DNA of 63,634 nucleotides, filler included, from Choristocarpus tenellus KU-1152 (taxonomy: Eukaryota; Protista; Phaeophyceae): NCBI GenBank assembly GCA_964200185.2. It is 10 parts of 10 records of this genome, joined end to end, with 100 filler letters (N's around TTAATTAATTAA, not from the genome) between each part and the next. Parts side by side here need not be neighbours in the genome. Positions count along the whole stretch, not along the records: positions 33,950 to 40,737 come from CAXNAD020007349.1; positions 40,838 to 43,866 come from CAXNAD020022825.1; positions 43,967 to 49,957 come from CAXNAD020009220.1; positions 50,058 to 63,634 come from CAXNAD020001443.1; 6 more parts are not named here. The stretch is one strand, 5' to 3'. The first letter of the stretch is position 1. The number at the start of each line of letters is the position of its first letter. Under the pieces are notes generated by a model. The model saw nothing but the letters and a program-made list of their open reading frames with translations, searched no databases and was not told the origin of the DNA. The position numbers were made by a program, and so were the translations under genes. Positions 36,601 through 51,105 of this stretch are shown here, in pieces.

Positions 36601-38601
36601 AGTCTGTCTCAAATACTCCATACAATACAGGAGAACACGCCTCTGGATACTGCAAAGTACACGAAATAGATAACAGACAAAATGCATGCCTCTGAAGGGG
36701 CTCTATTCAAACCAGGTAGTTATTTTTTTGTTCTTACAGCCCCACACGCCACACGCAGAATACGTGCGTTGTACACGCTTTACCTCATGCGTCCCTAATA
36801 GTTCAATCGAGTTGATGGGATTTTTTCTGCTTTCTTATCATTTTAAAACTGTAAATTCCATTCATTCACAATGCCAAGAATCAAACATTCAAATTTGCAA
36901 AGAATGGTGAGATCGATCGGTGAATGGCGGCAGTGTGTTGAATACGCTTTCAACTTAGTTGACAGTATGGTATGGAAGGAGTGAGAACAAAATATCAACA
37001 GTATAATGTGGAATTACTTATACTGTCAGCAGTAAGATAGAAATCTATATACCACTCCATTGATTGCTGATATTGTAGTCAGTGGTATTTTAAAAATTAT
37101 CAGAATAGACAACGGCGCACTGAATAGAATTCAGCCAATCAAAACCGCCAGTGAGCACAAGAAAAAAAAAAACGACTTGACCCCTCAGTTGCACAACACT
37201 ATATAAAATTATTATTATTATATATTTAATGGTAATGTAAGCAGCTCTAGGTTCTGATCTCTGATTGCAATCGGCTTTTTTTGAAAATTTAAATTTAAAT
37301 TCACTTTGCTGGTCTCTGTACTTCTGACTGGGGCCCCTTCCAGCAACGAGAGGAAGTAAAACATCGCCTTCGCTAATACAATACTGTGTGTAACAAGTCG
37401 ATTTTGTTCCACATTTATCTTGGCATCACCCACAAACTAACAAAAGTTTTCAATTTGTTCTTAGGGTTAGGGTTAGGGTTAGGGCAACTGACACTCGCTT
37501 CAGCAACAACCAAGTTACTCCTGAACATCCCAGAGCATCCAGCACCTACCCCTAACCCTACCCCTAACCCTTGATGACACACTAGTGAGCGGCAATTGAA
37601 GGAGGTAGGGGGTGGAGTAATGGCACACACTTTCCTCGACAGACACACACGTGGTCGACACAACTTAGGGTTAGGTCTAAACAGATAACTCTCAACTAGT
37701 TTCAAATTTCTGAGAACACCTTACAATGCAAATGTGTATATACCTCTCTCCTTTAGCAGTATGACTTAAAAAAAGGTTTGCAGAATATAATTTACCTTGA
37801 CAATTCAGTGGCCATTTTTCTGGGGTCTCAATTTTAAAAGGCGTTTTAAAAAACTGGATCAAAACAGATGACAACGCCTTCGAGATGTTCACGGGATATA
37901 CAACACCATCAGAAAATAAAAATAAAAACACACCTTGTGACAAGGACATGCTGACAACAAGAGGGTTACAAGGCAAAATACTCTCTCACATTATTATCAA
38001 ATGTTCCAAACTGACTTCACCACAATGCTAACCCTAAGCCACAGAGTCAATAAGACCAACCTATTCAACCCTAATAGCTGTCTATAATCCCAAAAAGCGT
38101 ATCTATGGTGATCAAGACTTGTTGTTTTGTAGATCAAAAGGAGGTGGGGAAAAAAAAAGGTAGAACATGCACGTGGACCTAAAAATAGCCATCAAAAGCT
38201 GTCAAAATGCCCCAAGTGAAAGCTATACTCCGGGGCTATTGATTCCATTTGGTAACCAGCAGCGTAGGGTTCGACCCCATAGTACTCTTTCACCTTTAAT
38301 ATATTTGTAATGAACAAAATAGGAGAGTGTTACATCACAAACACATTGCTAAAATATAAATATAAATATAAATATAAATATAAATAAAAATAATAAAAGA
38401 TATGAACAGAGATTGTGAGATGCCTTTGTATTGATCTTCCGTGACAGTTTCAAATTACAGTCAATCAGCCGCCTCAGAAACAACTCCGAACACATGCATG
38501 CCCCCTATCCCTAACCCATCCCCATCCCCATCCCCATCCCCATCCCTATCCCTAACCTCAGCAAGATGCACAAATACACACACATGACCAACCATTCTCA
38601 C

Positions 38602-40701
38602 CTCTCCAACATCTCCGCCGCCGACCAGCCTTCCAGTCCACCAACAGCAGCAAGTTCCAGTTGACCTCTTGTTCCCCTTGGAAGGCATACAGGTGCAAAG
38701 AGAGACATTGACACCAAACGAACCACTTCGAGGGAGAAGTGATCTTCAAACCTATTCTTGAGCACAGCCCTTAGAAATGAGTCAACTGCTGCTTCTCTCC
38801 TCTTCCTACCTCGCCAAACCTCCACACTCTCACCCTCGCCATCCAACACCACCCCAGCACTACCAACTCCCACAATAATTGGGCGCGGGAACGGCGACTG
38901 CTCCCTCAACTCTGAGCCCCCACTGTTGTTGCTGTTGCTGTTGCTATTAGGGTTAGGGTTACTGAGACCATGGCACCTGAGCCCAGTGATATGATTTTTC
39001 ACCTCATGCAACAGAAGTTTGTATTTTCGATTCTCACTCAACACCACCGCCACCCTCGACTCATCTTCATCCTGTCCCCCTTCCCATTCTTGGCAAACCC
39101 CATCACGTTCATCAAGCATCGCCACTCTCACCCCAGCCCTCTTGGCTACCCTTGCTACTTCCTTGGCAACCACTGCAGCTCCTGCAAGGCAGTGGGTCAG
39201 ATACTCTTCCTCTAGAACAGCAAACAGAGAGTCGACCAGAGGAGGCCCAGAGCGATCAGCATAGACCCCAGAGCAATCTGCAGCTCTGGAACCAGCTTCC
39301 AGCCATGAGAGGAGAGCGGCCCTGGCCAGCACACCCGACTCAGTGAAGCTATTTTTTTTCTTTTTGGAGGAGTCGGTTAGTTCCATCGATCTGTTTTGTA
39401 CAGGAAGAGGAAGGCGGTGCAGGTAAAACTTGTCAGGGGTGTGAGTGCGTCTTGTGCAATGTCAGTGTTCAGTGTTCAGTGCTTACATCGCATAAAACAA
39501 TAGCCCTAACCCTAACCCTAATACCTAACCCAACAAAAGTGTGAGTTAGACATATTTGTGAGAGAAACGTATCTCAAACAGAACTGAGGTGCCCCCATCA
39601 GTCTTAACTCTATTTATCCTTAACTCTAATCCTGAGCCACTGCACTATTAAATCAGGATGACAAACCTCTCAACCCTAACCAGTTAGAGCATGCAAGTTG
39701 TCACGATACCCATCTATGTTATATATAGTAATCAACATAGCTGTAAACCTTAACCCTGACCCTAACCCTACTATTCCTAACCCTAACCCTAAGAACAAAA
39801 CAACCGTAGTAGATAAATGATTCCAACCCCTACTGATGTATTGTTGGAAAAAAGCCTTCTCCTTGATACGCAAAACTCTAATCTTTTGAAGATCGTTTCG
39901 TAACTTCAGAAACAGAGCCTTAAAAAAAAAAGAGGGAAGTGTACAACAGTCGTGGTCAAACCCTGAAGCAATCAACATCTTCAGAATGAGAGTTGTTTCA
40001 TTAGATAACAAATCAAAATAAGAGTGTTTACACAGCATTACAGTTACAGAAAAAACAGAGTTGAAATGCACCAAATTGACCCCTTTGCTTGAATGCTTTT
40101 ACAACACCAACGATGACCAATCTAACCCTAACCCTAACCCTAGATAATAAAAAGGAAAAACCACCCAAAACCATGACTTTGGATATTTGGACATTTCCTA
40201 CGCAGGACACTATGACCAAACCCAGCTCAAACTAACCCTAACCCTAACCTACCAGGAGTGTAAACGCAGTACAAAAATAAAAATGTGGTGGGTCTCATTT
40301 TTCTCATGTAATCAAACATTCTACACCAAATATGCATTTCTCCACCACTTGCAAGACATTGCTGACTACTGACTACCGACTAAAATGCTACCCCACCTAC
40401 ATACACCCCTCCTCCCTAACCCTATAAATCCCTCTTGCCAATACAACTCCTTCCCATTCCCTAACCTCAACAATCCCTGCCAGTATTCCTACTACTCCTC
40501 CTCCCCCCATCATACCCCCAACCTCAAAACCTTCACTTCAAGATTCAAGATCATTAACTCTCACTTTCTCAGTGCTGTAGCCCCTGCCTCCCACTCTTGT
40601 GTACCCTCTGCAAATGGCCCGCACGCCTCCAGCACAGCCTCCAACGTCTCTAGGAAACCCAGTGCCCCTTCCCTCCCCCCCCCCCCCCCCCCCGCCTCGC
40701 C

Positions 40702-40737
<36 letters not shown>
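38602..40737 (-). CDS. Unknown protein, two internal exons (partial)
   Basis: Exon ending at 40565 (..GFLETLEAVLEACGPFAEGTQEWEAGATALR-AA|GTGAGA) splices in phase to exon 39390-38602 (cag|A TCG ATG.., ~263 codons, ends AG|GTGAGA). Confidence 0.65.
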
Positions 40738-40936
40738 NNNNNNNNNNNNNNNNNNNNNNNNNNNNNNNNNNNNNNNNNNNNTTAATTAATTAANNNNNNN
40801 NNNNNNNNNNNNNNNNNNNNNNNNNNNNNNNNNNNNNCCCCCCAACACATCTCCTGAGTAGGCCTGTGCAAATAATATTCAACCCCGACATTCATATCGA
40901 AAAACATGCAACATATATTTCAAACAAAAACAATCA

Positions 40937-43016
<2,080 letters not shown>

Positions 43017-43325
43017 CTGCACACAAAAATAAAATAAAAACGCACAGATGCAGACATGACACGTGTGCAAACATCACCACAGACATGACACAGGGTTACA
43101 CACACATTGCCGTGGTCACTGGGAATATACACCACCATGGAACAGGGAGGTTTACACACACCAATACTGGGTTATATGCACCTACAATGGGGAGGGAGTT
43201 TCTACACATTAACGCTGAGTTGTGTGCGTCGATGCTGTGGGTATATACACCAATGCTGAAAAGGGGTGTCTAGAAGAAAGGGTGCACAGGCAGACGCCTG
43301 ATACGCAACACGGAGGTCTACACAC

Positions 43326-43545
43326 ACCCCGGACAATGTAACACTCTCGTAACATTCTTACAACACATTGACAACACTCTGTGTGGTAAAAACATATCGC
43401 TAAATAGTCTCGACACAGTGCATGTTACACGTGTTTTGGACCAGAGTGTTACGGGACATAACCTGTACTATGAACGCCCTCAAGTTGAATATTACAGCCA
43501 CAATGCAGTGTTGAGTGTTATGTTGAGTGTTACGTTGTCCTAGGT
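43326..43545. mobile_element. Small TIR element with TAACACT subterminal repeats
   Basis: CCCCGGACAATGTAACACTC ... GAGTGTTACGTTGTCCTAGG inverted ends; repeated (T)AACACT / AGTGTT(A). Confidence 0.55.
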
Positions 43546-43805
43546 TTTAAAACCCACTACTATTTAACACTACACAGTACCACCTACTTACCGATACATT
43601 CATCTCCAAACAGCAATTTTGGCTCAAGTTGAGCTGGTAACCAACAAATTACTTTATTGTCCATCCAGAGGGCATAAGACACATGCTACATAGTACATCA
43701 CACAATGCTGTATCAAAACACAAATGTAAATAAAGAGCATAAAGCAATCGGGACATTCCATTGAAGGATAAAGATGACACAAACCACACACCAACTCCAT
43801 GAAAC

Positions 43806-43849
<44 letters not shown>

Positions 43850-45073
43850 ACCCACCACCCCCAACCNNNNNNNNNNNNNNNNNNNNNNNNNNNNNNNNNN
43901 NNNNNNNNNNTTAATTAATTAANNNNNNNNNNNNNNNNNNNNNNNNNNNNNNNNNNNNNNNNNNNNAATAGCAAAAACAAAAAGCGAACAAATTAATGCT
44001 ATTTTTTCCATTCATCCTACCCCCCCCCCTCTACCCCCCCCCCCAAATACTTTGACCCAAACATATCTGTGCACACAGAAAATATTAATCATGATACCTA
44101 TCAGTAGTCATCATCAGTCAACCATGTGTCTAGTTGAAGTCTGTTCAGAAGTGCGCAAGTTACCCCAAAGGATTCCTATGGCAGAACGTTGGTATCATTT
44201 TTTTGTAATGGGTGTTAGAGATGTTTTATGCTTTATTCTTACTCACAGCATCCAAACTATGCAACATAAATATGGACTGAATAGCTAAGGGGGTATACAT
44301 GAAACGTAGCAATGACGTAAGAACCGCCTTGTTCAATTTGCTTGGCATGGCCCTCTAGTTCGGTGCATTGATTGTGAGTCAGCCCATGCAGGCAATCTTA
44401 CGTATACTACCTCTGCCTACTATACAGGCTGCTCTGAACACCAGGGGATTTATCAATTTTCCCTGCCTAAAGTACCGTGCAATTAATTGTTACCTTGGTG
44501 GTAGATACTGTGAGAACACCCCATGCGTGCTGCTTGTACCACTTGTTGTGACAGTCCCCTACCTCCTAGGTGATGGCCTCTAGGTGATTGAGGTTTTATC
44601 CTGGTCGGTGTTCCCATGTGAGCATTCCCTTGCATTTCAAATTTTGTACCTCACACCAACAACATACCCCCCAACAGCCCATCCATCCATCCCCTGCCCG
44701 GCCCCTCCCGGTCCACTTATCCCAGTCAGGCACTGGCAATAATTCCTACCTGACCATGCATTTGGTTGTTAATGTAGTTACAGGTACACAGGAAGTAGGG
44801 CCCCTACACTCCTGACTTGTTTTCCATCTGGAGTGAAGCGTTGCAGTGCTCAGTAGGGTCAGAACAGGGAACTAGTAGCTGGGTATATCATCATTTGTAA
44901 GACTTGCTCAGATTAGGTAAAGCGTTTGCGAGGTTGAACCGACGGCATCTGCTGATTTTTTGTCCTACATATTGCTATGCACTGTCCTACTACATAGTGT
45001 CTCTATGGACCTGCGTTCCGAAGGCAGAGCGCAAAAGAGAGAGAGGGAGTAAGCTCAAAGTAAACAAGAGATA

Positions 45074-45332
45074 GAGTGAAAGTATCTTAGAGGGTACGAA
45101 TTTTGTCCCGTTTGTCCATGTGGGGCTTGGCTTCCCATGGGTTTTTATTGACATTTTTTACCTACTCCAACATGTTTCGGAGTAGGTAAAAAGTATACGT
45201 TATGAAAAAGAGTCTCCAGACGAGGATATTGACATCTCCTAACAAATATATAGTCAAAATTACATCAAAATTGCATAATCGGATTTTGGTCCCCAAATGG
45301 ACGCGACTGTACCCTCTAAGATATTTTGGCTC
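45074..45332 (-). mobile_element. MITE family A, full copy
   Basis: GAGTGAAAGTATCTTAGAGGG ... CCCTCTAAGATATTTTGGCTC; ATA/ATG flanks. Confidence 0.9.
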
Positions 45333-46439
45333 ATGCACAGATTTTGGACGTTTTGCATTGTTAGCGGTTTTCTAATCTTTCACAATTCACCCATATATTT
45401 ATGTGGATGAAGTGGTAAATTTGAGTTGAGAAGGTCTATTTCCCCATTGCTTGAAAAAATTCGACACACTTCAGAAAATATCCTATGCGCATTTACAACA
45501 ATAGATTAATTTTGCGCATATCTGTCGGCATCTTTAAATTGCAGGTCTGGGTACCTCTTGTTTGCTTTGACCCATACATACTTCGAAGCATATATATATA
45601 TATATATGGCACAAACATCAAGGAAAGGGAAAAAGAGGAAGAAAATAGGAAAAGAAAAACTCAATAGACCCAAAAAGGGTTTGGGGACTAAATTTTGACT
45701 AGTCTCATTTGGTTGAAGGTGTTTTGATCTGTTTCTTGTTGGAGCATGTGGGGAAGTGCAAATTGTCAGGGAAAACAATTGATACACGACAAAATGATTG
45801 CACAAAGGGAAGCACATCTTGACTGGGAGGTCGTGTTTAGATGCAAATGTATGTGGGGGTAGGTTCTGCGTTTCGGAGTGATACAAATATCGATAGGTTT
45901 TACTCAAAGACTCATTATTCATATACCCCTCCACTGGGGCTGCAATATTTCCATACACCTCTTGATCCACATATTAATCTTCCTCTGCATCCTCCCCAAA
46001 AATCTATCCTCATCCTCAGCTCCAAGGGCTAGGGGAATGGCGATGTTGGGAATAGCCCTGCCAAAAAACCTCAACATTAACCATTAATTCATTTTTCACT
46101 TTGAATACAGATTCAAAGTAAACGAGAGGTACCCAGGTATTGGTCTTCTTTGCATTTTAAGTCATTTTATTTTTTCCTTTTGCAATTCAATCATATTTCT
46201 ATGGATGAAGTGCTAAGTATATGATTTGAGAGTGTTGACTTCTCTATGGATTGAAACCTTTCGACAGAATTCAGATTATTTCCTATACACATTTTGTACA
46301 AAAAGATACTCTTTTGCACATTTTTGTTGGCATCCTTAAATTGCAACTCTGGGTACCTCTCGCTTATTCGGCTCATATGGACGATAGTTTGTCTCAGGAA
46401 TAATGCATTTGCCCTCCTTCCCTGTCCATGTTGGGTCCC

Positions 46440-47050
46440 AACACTCACCAGCCTTGATACACTCCCCAATCTTTCACAAGCCATGCTTCTGCTTGTAGTG
46501 CTTGATGATATAATTCTGTGTGTCCAAAACAATTCAATGTACTGGAACGAAGGCACATATGGAGGGGTCCAAAACACATCAAATGAATTGCTCTGCCAAG
46601 TCCCTGACCTTCATGTGTGCAGTCTTCAGGGACATGCTCTTCAAATTATGCCCTGCTGGGTGAAGCGACCTCCTCACAACGCACACCATCCTTTGAATGT
46701 GTCAAGTGGCAAGACCCTTCCAGCGGGAAGTTGAAGTCATAAGTCGCACCAGCTCTCTCAAGAGCGGTCGTTCGTACACTATCATTCGGTTGATAGACCA
46801 CCCTGATGTTGTAAGCTCCTCGTTTACGTCGAGCTCAAAGTTCTTGACCTCCTTGTTATTGCAATGATAATATATGGCGTCAACCACCAGCACAACCTCC
46901 TCCCCAAAAAAGAAATACTACATCCGTAATAAGGCGACTGTTACACGACCGAGAATATTCCAACTTTAGTAACATTTATTCAATGCTCCATGTTGTTTCA
47001 AACTGTTCATTATCGTAATAATATTCTCATCGAAAAAATAATGCGGTGTG
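46440..47050 (-). mobile_element. IS630-Tc1-mariner (DDE_3) transposase remnant with a long D-E spacer
   Basis: LVVDAIYYH (cf. .VMDNA.YH) at ~46881 and FWTPPYVPSFQYIELFW (cf. PPYSP.LNPIE..W) at ~46535; frameshifted. Confidence 0.6.
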
Positions 47051-48350
47051 CTGCATTTTGCTTGACAGTAACCCCTGACCAGTTTCTGAATCATGTACCT
47101 GTCAAAGAAAGAAAAAAGTTCATCCGCTGAGCGGTAAGGTGTAATTTGATACTTTCATCATTATCAGTTCATACTAATCTGTTGAACCCTCAACTGCCTG
47201 AGGGCTACCCTGTCTCCCTGAGGATCCTTCCTGTCAGGGTCAACATCAACATCTCGTGTAGACTTACTGGAAGCCTGCAACGTCAAGGCCATACTTGGAC
47301 ACCACAATGTGGAGGTGCTGTGCGTGGAAGGTAGCAGTTGCACTTAGTTTGTGGTGGCGCTGTTGTCTTAAACTTTCCATACCAACTGGGAGCCACAAAA
47401 GAAGCTTACAGATCCCCTACTTGCCCTATCCTAGAGGGGTTAAAACTTTTATCACCACTGCGCCTCAAACTTCTCTGGAGCAATAGCTCGACTCACTTGA
47501 AGCGCCATGGTGACGATAAGATTTTACCAACATTTGTGCTACCTGACATTATCTCCTCCCAAAATCTATGTCCTTCTTTACTCTCTGTGTCATCTTTCTT
47601 GTCCTTGAGATTTCGAAAACACTTGCCGAACAACTCGAAGAACTTAGGAACGGTGACCCTCTGCAGTGAGTATTCATCTACACATTCATGGGTGTAGATA
47701 TTATGTAAGGCAACTATGGCAGTGGAGAAAGCGCTGTAGATCCCTTGGCATCATTGACGCACCCACGTTTAGCCTCTACTTCAGGTTTCGCCAATATTCA
47801 GTGGGTGTTACACCCTCTTCGCTATCGTGCTTTGCAAAATCATGGAGTTGAGAAATTCACTGGTTGCTCAGAGCCTTCCAGTTGCTAGACTGACCTATTC
47901 TCCCACAGAGTGAAATGGAATATTGTATGAGATTACTGAAGTTCCAGCAAAGGGTATTGAGGGAATAGGTCACCCCCTTACACAAATGACCATTTCCCTA
48001 TGACTGACATCAGTAGACAACATGAACCTCCCTCAGCTGACTGATACCTCAAAAGGCTATCATTGATATCCTTCTGCGTAAGAGAAGACTCAAAATAGAA
48101 ACCTGTTTCGTTTATAGCATTTTCCAGCAAAAAATGTTCGGAACTGTTAGCATCTGTGCCAGGCGGTGAGTGTTGACAAATAGCTCGAAATTGTCCTTCC
48201 CACGTAAAACATTGTTCAGTAAGTTACATTAGAGTACTATTCGAAGGAGCGTAAGCAAGGTTGATTTGTGATATTGTTTCATCAATTCATTCCAAGCCTA
48301 AATCGTCAGCGAAGTGTTGCCACAAGAGATCTATTTAGATTGTGCCAAAA

Positions 48351-48528
48351 GGCTTAAATATCTGGGCGGGGGGCTGCGTCTGTCCATTTGGGGCCCATTT
48401 TTCCATGTCGCGACTTTGGGTGATTTGGTTGCATGAGTCGGGATGAATAATATAAGTGCACTTCTCCTGATCAGGGTCCGAATGGATACCCTGGTGTAGA
48501 CCCTCCCCCCCCCCAGATACTTTGAGCC
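48351..48528 (-). mobile_element. MITE family B, full copy
   Basis: GGCTTAAATATCTGGGCGG ... CCCCAGATACTTTGAGCC; AAA(A) flanks; an internally deleted second copy follows at 48580-48683. Confidence 0.85.
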
Positions 48529-48699
48529 AAAAGATGCACAAGGAATGTTGCTTGACTTACCGATGTTATTATTACAGTTGGCTCAAAGTATCAGGGAGGG
48601 GGTGGCGGCTGTCCACTTGGGGGCGATTTGGTTTCGTACATCAGATGGATAATGTAAGTGATCTTTTCCTTGTTATGGCCCAAAAATGAGGCTTTTGCA

Positions 48700-49480
48700 A
48701 ATACACACCTGAAGCTTGCTGAAAAGGAGGAGTTGCTAGATATTATGGCCAAATTCAGACCAGTCTTTTCATTATCTGAAAATTAATGAGGTTGTTGCAC
48801 AACTACTTCTGTTGACTTTCCACTGCAACCAGGCACTAAACCGGTTCGTAGACCACCGTATCGGGTAGCATAAAAAAAACGCGACACTATTGGTCAATGT
48901 GTAACTGATATGGAATAACAGGACATTTGTGTAACCCTCATCTAGCCCATGGGCATCCCCTGTTACCATTGTTGCACAACCTGATGGACCTCCTCGGTTC
49001 TGTGTGTGGGTTTTAGAGGAACCATTAATAAAAAGTGTGATATGTAACTCATGGCCTTTACCATCTATGGACGAGTGTTTATCCACCTTAGGGAGTTCAA
49101 AATATTGATCTTGTTTAGATATCCAATCAGCCTATTGGTAACTACCGATCATTGAGCAATGCGAACGAGAAAAGGCTGCATTCAGCACACCAAATGGGAA
49201 ATACGAGTTTCAGAGGTTACCATTTGGAGTACAAAACGCACTGTGGATCTTCCAATGCTTCATGCCTGAACCTTTTTCCACAATTGGTCCTAGCTCTGCG
49301 TTATTGGTATATTTAGATGATGTTATTTTAGCCTCTCCATTGTGGACACACCATAAACGGTTAATCACTACGGTACTGTCGACATTGCAAACTCTAGGGG
49401 TTATGTTAAAGTCATCCAAGGATCAATTTGACTCAAAGCAAGTCCATTATTTGGGCATGATGTTAGTCCACAAGGAATAG
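48700..49480 (+). mobile_element. Ty3/gypsy reverse transcriptase remnant
   Basis: PSSSPWASPVTIVAQPDGPPRFCV, WPLPSMDECLSTLG, LDIQSAYW, AAFSTPNGKYEFQRLPFG, VYLDDVIL, VHYLG. Confidence 0.85.
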
Positions 49481-49594
49481 CTTCATCACAAGCTCCTGTA
49501 ATCTTGGGTGGCATTGCAAATATTATTAAAGAAAAAAACGTGGATAAAGCTCTTGTCGGTTGTCTTTGTTCCATCTTTGATCCTAATTTTCCCT

Positions 49595-49957
49595 CATTAT
49601 TCCATTACTCCACTGGTGGTGTTTATCTTTCCTAATTTACTCCACCGATGGTGTCTACAGTGTTTCAGCAGCACTATCTACGAACACCTTATTGTACACA
49701 ATGCTCACTACCAGTCTTGTCGCTTTGCACAACGTCCCAGAAATATTCTGTCCGCTACGTAGCGTGTTGAACTATCCCACACTGGACCCACGGCTTTTAT
49801 GGTGCTTCAATGGACAAAGAACAGCTTGACGTAGATGAACAAAGTTAGTATTATAAGGGTCTTTATGGTCTCGATTCCGCTGACTGAGAACGTGGGCAAG
49901 ACTAGTGCAGCCTACCATGTGGGATTTGCAACGTCCACATGGATAATTAGAAAAGAA
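49595..49957 (+). mobile_element. Two pieces of the TGTTGAAC solo-LTR family (3' end 49595-49686; 5' part 49765-gap)
   Basis: Homologous to 31749-32154. Confidence 0.75.
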
Positions 49958-50109
49958 NNNNNNNNNNNNNNNNNNNNNNNNNNNNNNNNNNNNNNNNNNN
50001 NTTAATTAATTAANNNNNNNNNNNNNNNNNNNNNNNNNNNNNNNNNNNNNNNNNNNNAGAAGGAACGAGGGTAGATGGGTGTGGTCAGAGAAGGGAACTG
50101 GGGTGGCGG

Positions 50110-50155
<46 letters not shown>

Positions 50156-51055
50156 CTCCGTGGGTCAGAAAGGTTTTCATTACACTGTTGGTTTCTCCTT
50201 GACGAGCACGAAATATCCGATAAAGAGGACCCAACCCAGATCGGTCCATCTCAATCTCTCACCCTCTTGGGTGCTTTTTGTTGATGTTGGTAGTTTGTTT
50301 CCAAATATCGTTCTTGACGCTATGCATACGTGGATGTCTTTATCCTTGGGGTTTCCAGTGTTACTTCCTCGGAGTACAGGTGGAGGTGGGAAGACAAGAA
50401 GCTGGCGACCTAAGCGCGAACCCTGGGTGGGTGTACACCATGGGGATGCACGTTTGATGTCAGACCTGTGGTTGACTTATTGTTGCTTGCCAACACTCCA
50501 TGCTTGAATCTGTGAGATAGTGGGTGGGCGCATTGAGGATGGGGGCGCCAAGTGGGTCTCGGGGGAGAAGATGTGTGTCCACAGGGGCTGAGGTTATAGT
50601 TTCAACCGCGATGAGGAGACTAGGGTTTATATGCACCGGTGACTTACAGTGGATGTAGTGGAGCTAGTCAAGCATCATGTTGCCTTCATCTGTGCTCCTT
50701 ACTTGGAGACGTTTTATCCCCACCTCCTCCTGAAGAGAGTTGCTGAGGAGAAATGCATAGAGTAGTGAAGACAGGAGCAGTGTAGAGAGGAGTTGCATGA
50801 CAACGAGATCACATACCGATAGATTGTTCTTATCAAATGCACAAGGAAGCCGTGTGAGTAGTAAGTAGAGGCTAAATCACAGGTAGGCGTCGATCTGGAT
50901 GGGGAGAGGGGATGGCAGGTCCCAGGGGTGTGCTTGGGCCGACACAAGGGGATTTGCTTCTAGAGTAGTACCTATTGATGCCCCTGCTTGGCGGGGGAGT
51001 CCATGGAGGGCAAACGTCCCCCTTCGGCATGTAGGAGACGCATGCGATATCCTCT

Positions 51056-51057
51056 TG

Positions 51058-51104
<47 letters not shown>

Positions 51105-51105
51105 A
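51056..51105. repeat. (GCCT)n microsatellite
   Basis: Direct reading. Confidence 0.95.

Noticed and set aside
38260-38290. B-box-like GGTTCGACCCC
   Set aside because: No cloverleaf can be folded around it
47150-48340. Coding-like minus-strand region, possibly another retroelement
   Set aside because: No diagnostic motif recoverable by eye
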